A stretch of 64,000 nt of DNA from assembly GCA_963754925.1 (NCBI GenBank), contig CAVWHX010000004.1, positions 960,001-1,024,000 on the forward strand, in the 5' to 3' direction. Shown piece by piece: positions 1 to 10,773 of the stretch. The position numbers and the translations under genes were made by a program. The DNA comes from an uncultured delta proteobacterium (lineage in GTDB: Bacteria; Myxococcota; B64-G9). How positions within the stretch are numbered: the stretch's first letter is position 1; each line of letters starts with the position of its first letter. The notes beneath the pieces were generated by a model. It was not told where the DNA came from. It ran no database searches and worked only from the letters and a program-made list of their open reading frames with translations.

Positions 1-1126
1 TATCCGCATGGGCATTATAACGCAGGTATAGGTAGCGCAATCGGTAGGGTGAAGAACGCAGGGAGATAAATCATCATCAAGCGATACATCCACGTCCTCT
101 GTGTCAATGGTGGACAGTGCATCAAGGAGGTATCGAGCATTGAATCCAACAACCAGATCTTTACCGCCGTACTCTATGCCGAGGTCCTCCCGTGCCTCGC
201 CGACATCAGGGTTACTGGTGGTGACTTGCAAAAGGTCTTTTGAAAGTTTTAACTTTTAACCCTAAGGTTCGATCATTCGACAAAATACTGATGCGACGAA
301 GGCTGTCACTAAACACTTTTTTATTTATACGAAGCTTTATCTTTTGTTTTTCTGGAACAACATGACGGTACTCTGGAAAACGACCGTCCAATAATCTCAT
401 GACGACCATAACCGTACTCATACGGAATATGAGGTTGTTACCCTCAACACCAAGGAAACAATCACCGCTCTCTGAATCAAGAAGCCTCTTTATCTCCAGC
501 AAGCCTTTTTTCGGTATGATGATCCCCTCGCCAAAACGAGCGTTTTTTGGGTCTTCCGCAAGTTGAGCGTCCAACATCGACAGCCGGTGACCATCGGTTG
601 ACACCATGCGGAAGGTATCGTTGCCAATTTTCTCTAAAAATGAGCCGTTGAGATTGTACCGTGTTTCATCGCTCGAAACGGCATAGACGGTCTTCTCAAT
701 CATGTCCTTAATGTTGGCTTGATTCACTTTGAAAACTGCAACAGAACCAACGTCCGGCAACGCCTGAAAATCTTCCGAAGCCATACCGAGCATACGATAC
801 TCTATCTTCTCGCACCGCAACTCTGCCCACAGACTCTCCAATTTTTTTATCTTCACCGAACCAGCCGGTAGTGAGCGAACGATGTCGTATGCATGACGGG
901 CGCTGATAGCTATGCTCCCCGCATTGATTACTTCAGCTGTATGCTCGCTCGTCATGCCGACTTCAAGGTTGGTTGCGCTGATTGAAACCTTTCCCTCTTT
1001 AGTAGCCTGTATAAGAACATTGGAGAGGATCGGCATCGCAGTTTTTTTTTCAACAATGCCCTGGGCGCAGTAGAGTCCCTTTGCTAGTTCGTCTGTCTTG
1101 ATCGAAAATTCCATAACGCTCTCCAT
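1..1126 (-). CDS. dnaN: DNA polymerase III beta clamp, with an apparent +1 indel near 247-259; C-terminus runs to the window edge
   Basis: ORF 212..1126 has beta-clamp motifs (VSTDGHRLS, IIIPKKGL, RLLDGRFPEY). Another frame continues LSKDLLQVTTSNPDVGEARE...GFNARYLLDAL...CVIMPMRI, the canonical DnaN end, reaching position 1. Confidence 0.95.
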
Positions 1127-1332
1127 ATAAGATCTTTGTTTATTTAAAGAATAAAACAGTAGTCATAGTAGGACCTGTGAAAAGGTGAATAGAGAGTTAA
1201 AGCAGCCTAACAAAATGGAAAGATAAAAACAAGCACCTGTGGAGAATGGGTGCAAAGAATGTGACTCGGTGGCACTAGGGACAAGCCCACTGACCGCCAA
1301 CACGGTATTCCACAGGATTGCAACAGCATGGT
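1127..1332. promoter_or_regulatory. Replication origin oriC (dnaA-dnaN intergenic)
   Basis: AT-rich tract 1127-1156; trio-like run CAG TAG TCA TAG TAG 1157-1171; GACC; box-like TGTGAAAAG 1176-1184 and GGTGAATAG 1184-1192; further boxes TGTGGAGAA 1238-1246 and TATTCCACA 1306-1314. Confidence 0.8.
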
Positions 1333-2683
1333 TCATATACCGAGCTGCCTTTTGATGACATCGACAGCTTCCTGAACAGAGTTGTCGGTTTTAACGAGCT
1401 TAGAGACGTTTCTGACAGCATTGATGACCGTTGAGTGATCCTTGTTGAAATGCATACCAATGTCAGGAAACGTCGCGCTGTTCAGGTATGAGCGGCAGAT
1501 GTACATGGCAATCTGTCGCGGCCGGCATATGGATCGGTGCCGTCGATTTCCTCGAAGATCGTTAACTTTGACGTTGAAATAATTTCCGACCGCTTTCTGA
1601 ACGTCTTCGATGGATATGGTACTGGAGTTACCGAGTGTGTCCCGCAGAACTTCCTTCGCGAAATCCAGGGTAATCGGCTTCCCGTACATTGACGAGAGAG
1701 CACCCAGCCGCTTGAGGGAGCCTTCAATTTCTCGAATATTGGATTTTACCGATGAGGCGATGAACAATGCTACATCGTCCGGGATGTCTAATCTATCGAT
1801 CTCGGATTTCTTTTGTAAAATGGCGATGCGGGTTTCGATCTCAGGCGGCTGTATGTCGGCGATCAGGCCCCACTGAAAACGAGTTCGCAGGCGATCTTCA
1901 AGTTCGGGTATCTCCTGCGGATAGCTGTCAGAGGTGATGACTATTTGGCGTCTCGATTCGTGAAGGGCATTGAAGGTATGGAAGAACTCTTCCTGAGTTC
2001 TCTCTTTTCCAGAGATGAATTCAATGTCGTCTATCAAGAGCACATCGCAGTTGGAGCGATACTTGGCGTGAAAAACGTCCATCTTGTTTAGTCGTAGGCA
2101 GTTCACCATCTCATTGACAAAGGTTTCTGACGAAAGGTAGAGAACCTTAAGGTGACGCCTTTCTTGAATGATCATGTGGCCGATGGCGTTGAGCAGGTGG
2201 GTTTTTCCAAGACCGGGCCCAGCGTAGAGAAATAATGGATTATAGGTGCTGCCGGGGTTACCGGCCACGTTGATCGAAGCGGCGTAGGCAAGTTGGTTTG
2301 ATGAGCCAACGACGAATTGAGAAAACGTGTAGCGAGGATTCAGGCCGGTATCAAAGACAGCATCAGTGGATTGGCTTTTGTCGGAGACGGGTTCAGGAGT
2401 TGTAGTGAGTGTTGTGTCCGATAATGATTCAGACGATTCCAAGACTCTCAGCTGTACTCTGATTTCTTGGGACGCAAGGGATGCGAACTCTTGTTGGATG
2501 ATATCCTTAAAAGTTGTGGTCAGTGATCCAATCACGAGTAAATTGATTGGAGACCCCGATGTACACGACATTACCCTCTTGAGAGAGAAACTTCAACGGT
2601 AGAAACCAGGTTGAAAAGTTTTGTTGGCTGACGCGTTTCTCTATTTCGCCGAGTACTGCAGGCCAGAGTTGTTCCATCGACAT
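1333..2683 (-). CDS. dnaA: Chromosomal replication initiator DnaA, with an apparent +1 indel at 2507-2512
   Basis: AAA+ motifs (YNPLFLYAGPGLGKTHLL, LLIDDIEF, TQEEFFHTFN) and DHSTV in domain IV. The true N-terminus MSMEQLWPAVLGEIEKRVSQQNFSTWF...RDWITDHNF is in a different frame starting at 2683 or 2677. Confidence 0.95.
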
Positions 2684-3018
2684 TTTGGTAACATCCCAAC
2701 AATTAATGGTATCCCAATTATTAGCTTCTCAAAAAATAACCCGGAACCGATAACAGAGATGGAGAAAGGTTTCAAGTGAAAAAAATGTCAGGCCAAAATT
2801 TGAGCAAAAATCAGCTCACTGGCCTGCCATTGGCCGAGACATCATGTCGTTTGACGAACGCCAAAATGCCGATCCATGAGGTGTGAACAATTCGATTCGA
2901 GGAATTCGAAAAAAGAGTTCTTGACAGGGAAGAGTTGGTTATGTTTGAAATGACCGGCCGCACGGTACGTGCAGTCATATATGCCTATTGCCCGCGGTGA
3001 TAGAAAGGGGCTTATACG

Positions 3019-3171
3019 TTGAAACGTACTTACCAACCAAGTCGAATCAAGAGAATCAGGGAACACGGCTTTCGCACACGCATGGAGACGCCTGGTGGTC
3101 GGAATGTCCTCAAAAGGAGAAGGCAAAAAGGTCGCGTACGGCTCACCGTCGAACTACCAAAAAATAAGTAG
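3019..3171 (+). CDS. rpmH: 50S ribosomal protein L34 (not in the ORF track, 50 aa)
   Basis: TTG start after [59 protein letters not shown]; canonical position upstream of rnpA. Confidence 0.97.
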   Translation: MKRTYQPSRIKRIREHGFRTRMETPGGRNVLKRRRQKGRVRLTVELPKNK

Positions 3172-3532
3172 CCGCCCGGTCCTCCCTGATGATCGTCTAA
3201 GCGAGTCTTTTTCTAAAAAGGATAGACTTCTCAGAAGAGCAGACTTTGTCAGAGTTCAGAGTCGAGGTCGAAAGGTATATACAAAAAGTTTACTCATGCT
3301 GGTTTTAGAAAACCGGATTGGCAGGACGCGGCTCGGCATCGCGGTAAGTAAAAAAATTGGCAACAGTGTCAAAAGAAACAAATGGAAGAGGATGATCAGA
3401 GAAATATTTAGAAAGAACGGATCGTTGTTTCCAATTACGGTCGATGTTGTGATTATCCCCAAGCGAATTCCCTATATGATTACGTACACTATGCTGCTTG
3501 AAGAAATAAAACATATTTCACTAAGACATTGA
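3095..3532 (+). CDS. rnpA: Ribonuclease P protein component (true start uncertain, probably downstream of rpmH)
   Basis: [36 protein letters not shown] (RNR-type motif); synteny. Confidence 0.92.
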   Translation: MVGMSSKGEGKKVAYGSPSNYQKISSRPVLPDDRLSESFSKKDRLLRRADFVRVQSRGRKVYTKSLLMLVLENRIGRTRLGIAVSKKIGNSVKRNKWKRMIREIFRKNGSLFPITVDVVIIPKRIPYMITYTMLLEEIKHISLRH

Positions 3533-3744
3533 TAATGAGAAGGATATTTATTATTTTATTACGTTTGTATCAATTAATGCTATCCCCCTTTTTGGGGGAA
3601 AGGTGCAGATTCTACCCAAGTTGCTCTGAATATGCCCTTGGCTGTATTGAGCGCTACGGTTCAATTCGTGGCAGTTGGCTCGCGATGAAAAGAATCGTGC
3701 GTTGCCATCCTTATAATTCAGGAGGAGTAGACCCAGTCCCGTAG
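3529..3744 (+). CDS. yidD: Membrane protein insertion efficiency factor
   Basis: [17 protein letters not shown]...[17 protein letters not shown] signature. Confidence 0.95.
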   Translation: MIMRRIFIILLRLYQLMLSPFLGERCRFYPSCSEYALGCIERYGSIRGSWLAMKRIVRCHPYNSGGVDPVP

Positions 3745-3910
3745 TTATGGAATAGTAATGATATACGTCAGATAAATACAGAGCGGCATAACAAAGCAGA
3801 CCGAGGCGCGACCAAGCCGAGGAATGAGGCGTACGTATCGTACGCCGCAATGACGAGGCGAGGAAGCAACAAAGGTATGCAAAGTTATGGCGCTTTGTAT
3901 AAGGAATATC

Positions 3911-5599
3911 ATGGACAAACGAACCATATTAGCCATTATCCTGTGCTTAGGTGTATGGATTGTCTGGCAAAAGTTTTTTATAGAGCCAGTAAAAAATGTT
4001 GGCAAACCGGCCGGGGGAGTCGATTCTGTTACCAATACTGAACCCGACAGGAAGGGAACAAAACAAGCAATTGGTGACTCATCAAAAACAGAAGAGCCGG
4101 GTGAAGCACCGGCCGAACTACCCGACGAGCAACTTGCTACGCTTAAAACAGAAATGTTTGAAGCAACCTTTTCCTCGCGAGGTGGAAGCCTAAAAAGCAT
4201 TAATATATTGAAATATAAAGAGAAAAATTATGTAAAAAAAGTAAGTGAATTAGGTCCGGCTGAAATAGTCACAACTGAAGAAGACCAACATTTGCCATTT
4301 ACGATCCGTTTCAACAGTGAGAAAACAACCTTCAAAAATATACCATATGCTGACTGGAGCATAGTTGAGAAAAGCGAAACAAAAATAAAATTTCGTTATC
4401 TTAATCAGTCGATAGATAATTATCCAGAAATAACAAAGACTTATACGGTTCTTCCCGGTGAATATCAGATGGACTTGTTGGTCGAGATTATCAATAACGG
4501 CCAACGGAGCATAAAAGAACAAATTATTCTCGAAATTTTTGGAAGGGTTGAGCCCGAAACAAACACCGGTTGTATGGGAGCACAGCACATTCCTCGGAAA
4601 GCATCCTGTTTTGCAAATGGAGAATTATTGTCTGCCGATCCCAAGGAAGGAACAACAAAAAGTGCCGAACCGTACGTGTCTTGGATAGGTATCAATGAAC
4701 AATATTTTTTGTTGGCGGCGGTTGTCATTGGGACAGATAAGTCTTTTTGTGAAATGGAGACGAGAAAGGGCGGATTATTAGTCTCGAGCCTGATGTATCC
4801 AGAAGAGGGAGAAATTCAACCAGGGAAAACGATTTCTCATCGTTATAGGTTGTATGCGGGACCAAAACAGATATCGATTTTAGAAAGAGTTAAGGGGGGC
4901 CCCAAAGATGGAAACGGCCCGTCTTATCTTGAAAAGGCGGTTGATTTCGGTTGGCTGGCCGTCCTTTGCTTGCCACTTCTTTGGCTACTCAAAGCTCTCT
5001 ACTCATGGATCGGCAACTATGGAGTAGCAATCATATTATTGACAATTATTTTGAGAGTTTTGCTGCTTCCGCTAACATACAACAGTATGAAATCAATGCA
5101 GAAAATGGGTAAGCTCAAGCCGCTGATTGAGGATCTAAAAAAGAAGTACGGCGACGACAAAGCGCGCATGAATCAAGAGATGATGAATCTTTACAAGACG
5201 CACAAGATAAATCCGATGGGCGGTTGCTTACCAATGCTGTTACAGATGCCAATCTGGTTTGCATTGTATCGAATGATTAGTTCATCGGTTGAACTATACC
5301 AAGAACCGTTCATACCGGGCTGGATAAACGATCTGTCGTATCGAGATCCAACGTTTATTCTGCCGATTATATTAGGTGGATTTATGTTTTTACAGCAGAA
5401 AATGACGCCTTCCAGCATGGATAACCAACAAGCTAAAATGATGCTCTATATTATGCCTATCTTTTTCACGTTTATTATGCTGTACCTACCATCGGGACTG
5501 GTGTTGTATATTTTATTCAGCACGGCTTTGGGCATACTACAGCAACTATTCTACAATCGTGGACAAAATCAAATGGCTGCTCAAAGAAGAGATAACTGA
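3911..5599 (+). CDS. yidC: Membrane protein insertase YidC
   Basis: N-terminal TM, periplasmic domain, DFGWL, GNYGVAII, NPMGGCLPMLLQMPIWFALY; AAGGA RBS before ATG 3911. Confidence 0.96.
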   Translation: MDKRTILAIILCLGVWIVWQKFFIEPVKNVGKPAGGVDSVTNTEPDRKGTKQAIGDSSKTEEPGEAPAELPDEQLATLKTEMFEATFSSRGGSLKSINILKYKEKNYVKKVSELGPAEIVTTEEDQHLPFTIRFNSEKTTFKNIPYADWSIVEKSETKIKFRYLNQSIDNYPEITKTYTVLPGEYQMDLLVEIINNGQRSIKEQIILEIFGRVEPETNTGCMGAQHIPRKASCFANGELLSADPKEGTTKSAEPYVSWIGINEQYFLLAAVVIGTDKSFCEMETRKGGLLVSSLMYPEEGEIQPGKTISHRYRLYAGPKQISILERVKGGPKDGNGPSYLEKAVDFGWLAVLCLPLLWLLKALYSWIGNYGVAIILLTIILRVLLLPLTYNSMKSMQKMGKLKPLIEDLKKKYGDDKARMNQEMMNLYKTHKINPMGGCLPMLLQMPIWFALYRMISSSVELYQEPFIPGWINDLSYRDPTFILPIILGGFMFLQQKMTPSSMDNQQAKMMLYIMPIFFTFIMLYLPSGLVLYILFSTALGILQQLFYNRGQNQMAAQRRDN

Positions 5600-5628
5600 A
5601 AAGAGTTCGTTGGTGACTGGAGATTAAC

Positions 5629-6330
5629 TTGACCACTAAGAAAGAGTTTTTCGAATTGGATCTTGATGCAGCGTTGTCGAAGGCTGAAAATAGTATTGGA
5701 ATACGCCGCGATAGTTTTTCCTATCAGGTGGTTAAAGAGAATTTCGGAAGGCCACTGAGACAGCCTAAGATCGGAATAATCGTTGAATACGACGAAAAGC
5801 CTAAAAAAATTGAAGAAAACTTGCGGGATGATATGCCAAAATCTGTGGATCCCGTTGAAAAAGCAGTCTATATCCTGGATGGGATTTTTAAGCGAATGGG
5901 CTACAACGTAACCATTATACCGGTTAAAAAAGAAGGTCAGGTTGTTCTGACGGTAAATTTTACCGAACAAAAACTCGATCTCAACAGAGGTGAGTCAAGA
6001 GAGTTTCGAGGCGCGGTGCAGTACATAATAAATCACATTTTTCAGTCCGGAACTGAGAGTGAAACACGCCTCATTGTAGATATCGGCGGTACATTGGATG
6101 AAAGAAGTAATCAATTTAGGGAGTTAGCGCATGAACTATCTACCAAATTGAGGAGCATTGCTAAACCAATAAATGTTCATCTCATGAACTCGCAGGATCG
6201 CCGTATTCTTCATTTGATTTTGGAAGATGATCGTCTCGTGAGCACATCAAGTTTCGGGGAGGATCGCTTTAGAATATTGAAGATTCAGCCAAAGACAGGA
6301 TCCGGTAAAAAAACGGATGAATTAAGTTAG
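5629..6330 (+). CDS. jag: Jag/KhpB-like protein (Jag_N, degenerate KH, R3H)
   Basis: Position after yidC; R3H motif MNSQDRRILH...STSSFGE; the KH GxxG loop is not recognisable. Confidence 0.7.
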   Translation: MTTKKEFFELDLDAALSKAENSIGIRRDSFSYQVVKENFGRPLRQPKIGIIVEYDEKPKKIEENLRDDMPKSVDPVEKAVYILDGIFKRMGYNVTIIPVKKEGQVVLTVNFTEQKLDLNRGESREFRGAVQYIINHIFQSGTESETRLIVDIGGTLDERSNQFRELAHELSTKLRSIAKPINVHLMNSQDRRILHLILEDDRLVSTSSFGEDRFRILKIQPKTGSGKKTDELS

Positions 6331-6340
6331 GTATTTCTGT

Positions 6341-6548
6341 ATGCCACAGAATTCGAGAACAAAGCGCCTTCGCAGTGCAGCGCTGGTGAAATTAAAAATA
6401 CGAGATGATGGCAGGAAAGTTGGATGACGGTTTTAAAGTCATTTATCAAGGTGTATTAAAGGATCTATCTTTGAAACAAGAAGAGGTAGACAGGTATATT
6501 GAAAAGAACAGAAAAGAATTACAAAAAGTGTGCGTGAAAACTAGCTAA
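6341..6548 (+). CDS. Small hypothetical protein (~68 aa) interrupted by an apparent +1 indel at 6392-6398
   Basis: Removing one A from TTAAAAA joins MPQNSRTKRLRSAALVKLK to YEMMAGKLDDGFKVIYQGVLKDLSLKQEEVDRYIEKNRKELQKVCVKTS*, filling the jag-mnmE gap. Confidence 0.6.
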
Positions 6549-6776
6549 AAATACAATTTTTTCTCACCAGGGGAAACGTTGGTGAGATGTGCTTGACCCA
6601 ATCCAAATGTTTTAAAGACTCTGGCATAAAATCTAAAACTGATGCCGTAGGTCATAGTTGGATCCCAGATTTCTCTTTTTGAACATACCGATCCGCATTG
6701 CATTTGGGAAGATCACATGATTACCATCTGTTCGGTTGCTATATTCAATAGCTAGGGATGATCGAGGCGTATACTA

Positions 6777-8141
6777 GTGGTTTTTAAATTCGATCACAAA
6801 AACGATACTATCGTTGCTTGCGCAACGCCGCCTGGTAAAGGTGCGGTAGCGATTGTTCGTCTGAGCGGAAAAAATGCTATACCTATCATTCGGATGATAA
6901 TAAGAAGTGATAATCCGGTAGACAAGTGGCGTTCTCGAACGCTCGTTCATGGGTTCGTTGTAGATTCAAATGAGAGGAGGCTTGACGAGGTTCTCTGTAC
7001 CGTTATGAAATCTCCCCGATCATATACGGGAGAAGATGTCGTCGAGATTTACTGTCATGGTGGTGAGGGAATAGTCAGAACAACACTAGAACTGGCAATA
7101 GAGAATGGTGCACGATTAGCGCGTCCCGGTGAGTTTACGAGAAGGGCGTATGAGAATGGAAAATTGGATATCACCAAGGTGCAAGTGGTGCGACAAATTA
7201 TAGAGGCCCATACCCGTGAGGAGCTTCAAGGCGCCTGTAGGGTGTTAACGGGAGAGCTCGAGGGAATTATCAGTAACATGAGAGAGAAAATAACAGAGAC
7301 ACTAACTGTTGTTGAGGCGGCAATAGATTTCTCGGAAGAGAGAGAAGTTTCTATAAACGTAACTCCACGGCTCGAAGAATTAACCAATCAACTTGACCAG
7401 TTAGTATCTTCTTCTCACCGAAGGGTGGATCATGAGACAGAAGTGGTCGTAGCTGGGAGGATAAACGTTGGAAAATCCAGCATTGTAAATAAGTTATGCA
7501 ATAGAAAGGTGTCAATAGTCACCAGTGACCCGGGAACAACGAGAGATGCGGTCGAGGCAGAGACGATATTTGGTGGGTTGCGAGTAAGATTGATAGACAC
7601 CGCTGGTCATGGAATAAGCTCATTGAATTGCGACGCCGATCGTGAGGCTCAAGCTGTGGCGGTTTCAAAAGTCGAGAGAGCCAACATAGTCCTTTGGGTT
7701 GGCACCGACCTTGTTCAAATGCTTGAGGAAGCGCCGCCAGCGAAAAAGAGCCGAGATGTAGTCCTCGTTATCAACAAGGTGGACCTTCTTTCGGCGGATC
7801 AAAGAAACAGGTGCATTGAACAGCTTGAAAAGGTTGATGGATTGATGGTCTCAGCACTAACCGGCGAGGGTCTTGATCGGCTTACTGATGTTGTTACGAA
7901 AAAACTTCTGATGCAGCTAGGTCCTGCCGATGGGATCCCCATCAGCGTCTGGCAAGAGGAAGCTATCAACAACACTCGCGGTAGTATTTTGAAAGCGGCC
8001 GATCGAATCAAGGACAATGATCTTGAACTCGCAGCCGAGGATCTTAACTTCGCACGCGATCAGATAAACGAATTATTGGGAGAGTCTACCAAAGACGATA
8101 TTTTGGATAGGATATTCGAGAGGTTCTGTATAGGAAAATGA
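6777..8141 (+). CDS. mnmE: tRNA modification GTPase MnmE
   Basis: SPRSYTGEDVVEIYCHGG, GEFTRRAYENGK, GKSS, GTTRD, DTAG, NKVD, C-terminal FCIGK. Confidence 0.96.
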   Translation: MVFKFDHKNDTIVACATPPGKGAVAIVRLSGKNAIPIIRMIIRSDNPVDKWRSRTLVHGFVVDSNERRLDEVLCTVMKSPRSYTGEDVVEIYCHGGEGIVRTTLELAIENGARLARPGEFTRRAYENGKLDITKVQVVRQIIEAHTREELQGACRVLTGELEGIISNMREKITETLTVVEAAIDFSEEREVSINVTPRLEELTNQLDQLVSSSHRRVDHETEVVVAGRINVGKSSIVNKLCNRKVSIVTSDPGTTRDAVEAETIFGGLRVRLIDTAGHGISSLNCDADREAQAVAVSKVERANIVLWVGTDLVQMLEEAPPAKKSRDVVLVINKVDLLSADQRNRCIEQLEKVDGLMVSALTGEGLDRLTDVVTKKLLMQLGPADGIPISVWQEEAINNTRGSILKAADRIKDNDLELAAEDLNFARDQINELLGESTKDDILDRIFERFCIGK

Positions 8142-10015
8142 GTGTTTCACGTGGAACATCGACATTCGATGTAGTAGTGGTCGGGGCCGGACACGCTGGT
8201 TGCGAGGCCGCGCTCGTTTGTGCCCGCTTGGGACTGACAACTGCACTGGTGACCATAGCGCGCTCGAGAGTTGCGCAAATGTCCTGCAACCCCGCAATTG
8301 GTGGGTTGGGTAAGAGTCAAATTGTTCGTGAAATAGATGCCTTGGGTGGAGAGATGGGAAAGGTAGCGGACGCCACCGCCATACATTATCGGCGACTCAA
8401 TGCCAGTAAAGGACCGGCAGTGAGAGCGAGAAGAATGCAGTGCGATCTCCGAGCGTATCATAAAGAGATGTTAATGAGGGTCGAGGGGCAACCAGGGATC
8501 GCTCTCATCGAGGGTTTGGTTGATAGGATATTGATCAATTCAAAAAAAATCAATGGGGTAGAACTTCAAACAGGCCAAACGTTTTTAGCGAAGGCGGTAA
8601 TCCTTACCACTGGCACGTTCCTCCGAGGGCTAATGCATATCGGTGAGGAGTCATTTTCAGGAGGTAGGCTTGGTGACCCGGCTGCCCAGAATCTGAGTGA
8701 AAGCCTTGCGAAAATTGGTTTTCCGTTAGGACGGCTCAAGACCGGTACACCGGCACGGTTAGAAGCAGCGACCATAAATTTTTATTTTCTGGAAAAACAA
8801 CCGCCCGACCAGGTCCGGCATTCCTTCTCGCATGAAGGCGGTAACCTATCGTTGAACATGTACCCGTGCTATGTGACCCATACCAACAAAAAAACACACG
8901 AGATTATTCGCGCAGGGTTGGGAAGGTCTCCTCTCTATACTGGGGTGATAAAGGGCCGCGGGCCGCGTTACTGTCCTTCTATCGAGGATAAAGTTGTAAG
9001 ATTTCCGGACCGTGAACAGCATCAGGTGGTTTTAGAACCCACGGGCGCCACGAGGGAGGTAATTTACCCTAACGGAATCTCGACCAGCTTACCTCGTGAT
9101 ATTCAAGAAGAGTTCATTCACTCGATTCAAGGGCTCGAACAAGCCCGTATCCTTAATTATGGCTATGCTGTCGAATACGATTTCGTTCCGCCCACGGAGC
9201 TAATGCACACCTTGGAAACCAAGCGCGTACCAGGGTTGTTTTTTGCCGGTCAGATAAACGGCACCAGCGGCTATGAGGAAGCTGCCGGGCAAGGATTGCT
9301 GGCAGGAGTAAATGCAGCGGCCAAAATAAAAGGCCTCAATCCGGTGATCTTGGGTCGCCACGAGGCATATATAGGTGTAATGATAGATGATCTGGTCACC
9401 CGCGGGACAACCGAGCCGTACCGTATGTTCTCCTCCCGCGCGGAATTTAGGCTGTTGTTAAGAGAAGATAACGCCATTTTTAGATTGCAGGAATGGGCTG
9501 AAAAGATAGGGCTAGTAAATAGGGAAGTATTGAAAAAACGAAGGCAGATCGCCTCTCAGATTGAAAGTTGTTTAGAGGAACTTTGCGGCACCCAGATTCC
9601 GGCCGAAAACGATGTGCGGCGACCAACATTGGAAAAAGCCCTCAAAAGACCCACGGTGACCATCCAAGAAATAGCTTATTGGCTTAAAAAAGAGTATCCG
9701 CTGGATGTTCTCGAGCAGGCTGAAGTTTGTGTAAAGTATCAGGGATACATCGATCGTCAACTGCGCGACGCCGAAAAACTTAATACGCTCGCCAACCGTT
9801 CCCTCCAGCAAGGCGTCGATTACCGTAAAATTCCCGGGCTCTCGAGGGAGTTGGCTGACAAACTCAACCTCCATAGGCCGATCAATTTTGCACAAGCAAG
9901 CACGGTGGATGGAATGACGCCGGCAGCGCTGCTATTGATCTCGGTTTGGAACGATAGCCACGTTGTTCCACGTGGAACAGAATCTCTCGATACTCAATGT
10001 CTGAGCGAAGACTAA
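8138..10015 (+). CDS. mnmG: tRNA uridine-5-carboxymethylaminomethyl modification enzyme MnmG (GidA)
   Basis: GAGHAGCEAA, MSCNPAIGG, GPRYCPSIEDK, GQINGTSGYEEAAGQG. Confidence 0.98.
   Translation: MSVSRGTSTFDVVVVGAGHAGCEAALVCARLGLTTALVTIARSRVAQMSCNPAIGGLGKSQIVREIDALGGEMGKVADATAIHYRRLNASKGPAVRARRMQCDLRAYHKEMLMRVEGQPGIALIEGLVDRILINSKKINGVELQTGQTFLAKAVILTTGTFLRGLMHIGEESFSGGRLGDPAAQNLSESLAKIGFPLGRLKTGTPARLEAATINFYFLEKQPPDQVRHSFSHEGGNLSLNMYPCYVTHTNKKTHEIIRAGLGRSPLYTGVIKGRGPRYCPSIEDKVVRFPDREQHQVVLEPTGATREVIYPNGISTSLPRDIQEEFIHSIQGLEQARILNYGYAVEYDFVPPTELMHTLETKRVPGLFFAGQINGTSGYEEAAGQGLLAGVNAAAKIKGLNPVILGRHEAYIGVMIDDLVTRGTTEPYRMFSSRAEFRLLLREDNAIFRLQEWAEKIGLVNREVLKKRRQIASQIESCLEELCGTQIPAENDVRRPTLEKALKRPTVTIQEIAYWLKKEYPLDVLEQAEVCVKYQGYIDRQLRDAEKLNTLANRSLQQGVDYRKIPGLSRELADKLNLHRPINFAQASTVDGMTPAALLLISVWNDSHVVPRGTESLDTQCLSED
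8143..8158. promoter_or_regulatory. parS site
   Basis: TGTTTCACGTGGAACA matches the parS consensus TGTTNCACGTGAAACA family. Confidence 0.9.
9964..9979. promoter_or_regulatory. parS site
   Basis: TGTTCCACGTGGAACA, a perfect 16-bp palindrome about 0.8 kb upstream of parA. Confidence 0.92.
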
Positions 10016-10693
10016 ATGAATTCTTCTTTAAAGGATTTCAGTTCGTACCTTGTCGAGGGCGCCCGTCGAATGAAGTTAGCCCTTCCGAAAGAAAGCACCC
10101 AGCGCCTCCTGGTGCACCGCGATCTGCTCATTAAGTGGAACAAAGCCATCAATCTCACGACGGTACTTGATCCGCAAGGGATGGCTGAGAAATTATATCT
10201 CGACTCGGCTGTGCTGTGTCCCCATCTTGATGCGCGTACAGATTTGCACGATGTAGGGACTGGTGCGGGTTTTCCGGGGCTCGTGATCAAGGCGCTGCTT
10301 CCTGATCTCAAGGTTACCCTGACTGAATCCCGGAGCAAAAAAATTTCGTTTCTCAAAACGGCTGCGCGTGAAATGGGGCTTTTGGATGGGTTGGACATTC
10401 GCTGGGAGCGGGTGAACGAAGGGCTACCTAGGACCTGCGCGCTGAGCCATGAAGTTGTCTCGAGGGCAGTATTCCCGCCGGAAGAATGGCTAAAAATCGG
10501 ACCGCGATTGGTTGAGCCCGGCGGACGATTATGGGTAATGGCGGGACAGCCGCATGGCCAAGAAGAGCCGGGACCAGTCTGGGAACAGGCTCTAACCGGT
10601 TCTGGATTGGTATTGGAATCCCGTATTTTTTATCGCCTTCCGTTCAGTGATCGAGAACGATTTTTGATTGCGTTACGGAAGAGCTGCTCGTAA
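10016..10693 (+). CDS. rsmG: 16S rRNA m7G527 methyltransferase
   Basis: WNKAINLT, DVGTGAGFPG, VVSRA; follows mnmG. Confidence 0.95.
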   Translation: MNSSLKDFSSYLVEGARRMKLALPKESTQRLLVHRDLLIKWNKAINLTTVLDPQGMAEKLYLDSAVLCPHLDARTDLHDVGTGAGFPGLVIKALLPDLKVTLTESRSKKISFLKTAAREMGLLDGLDIRWERVNEGLPRTCALSHEVVSRAVFPPEEWLKIGPRLVEPGGRLWVMAGQPHGQEEPGPVWEQALTGSGLVLESRIFYRLPFSDRERFLIALRKSCS

Positions 10694-10773
10694 CAAAATT
10701 AGACTAAATAATTTGTGATTGAGCCGCTTTGTGGTAAAAGGGATTGCACCGTTCTTTTGGGAGATGGGTTTTT

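Noticed and set aside
1..2683. dnaA and dnaN as pseudogenes
   Set aside because: Both halves of each gene are intact and one-base repairs restore full proteins; the shared TTAA context points to an artefact.
2882..2945. DnaA box TGTGAACAA and sigma70 TTGACA upstream of rpmH
   Set aside because: The box has two mismatches and no -10 element at convincing spacing; too weak to call.
6549..6776. oriC upstream of mnmE/mnmG
   Set aside because: AT-rich, but I found no DnaA-box cluster or trios; the dnaA-dnaN gap fits much better.
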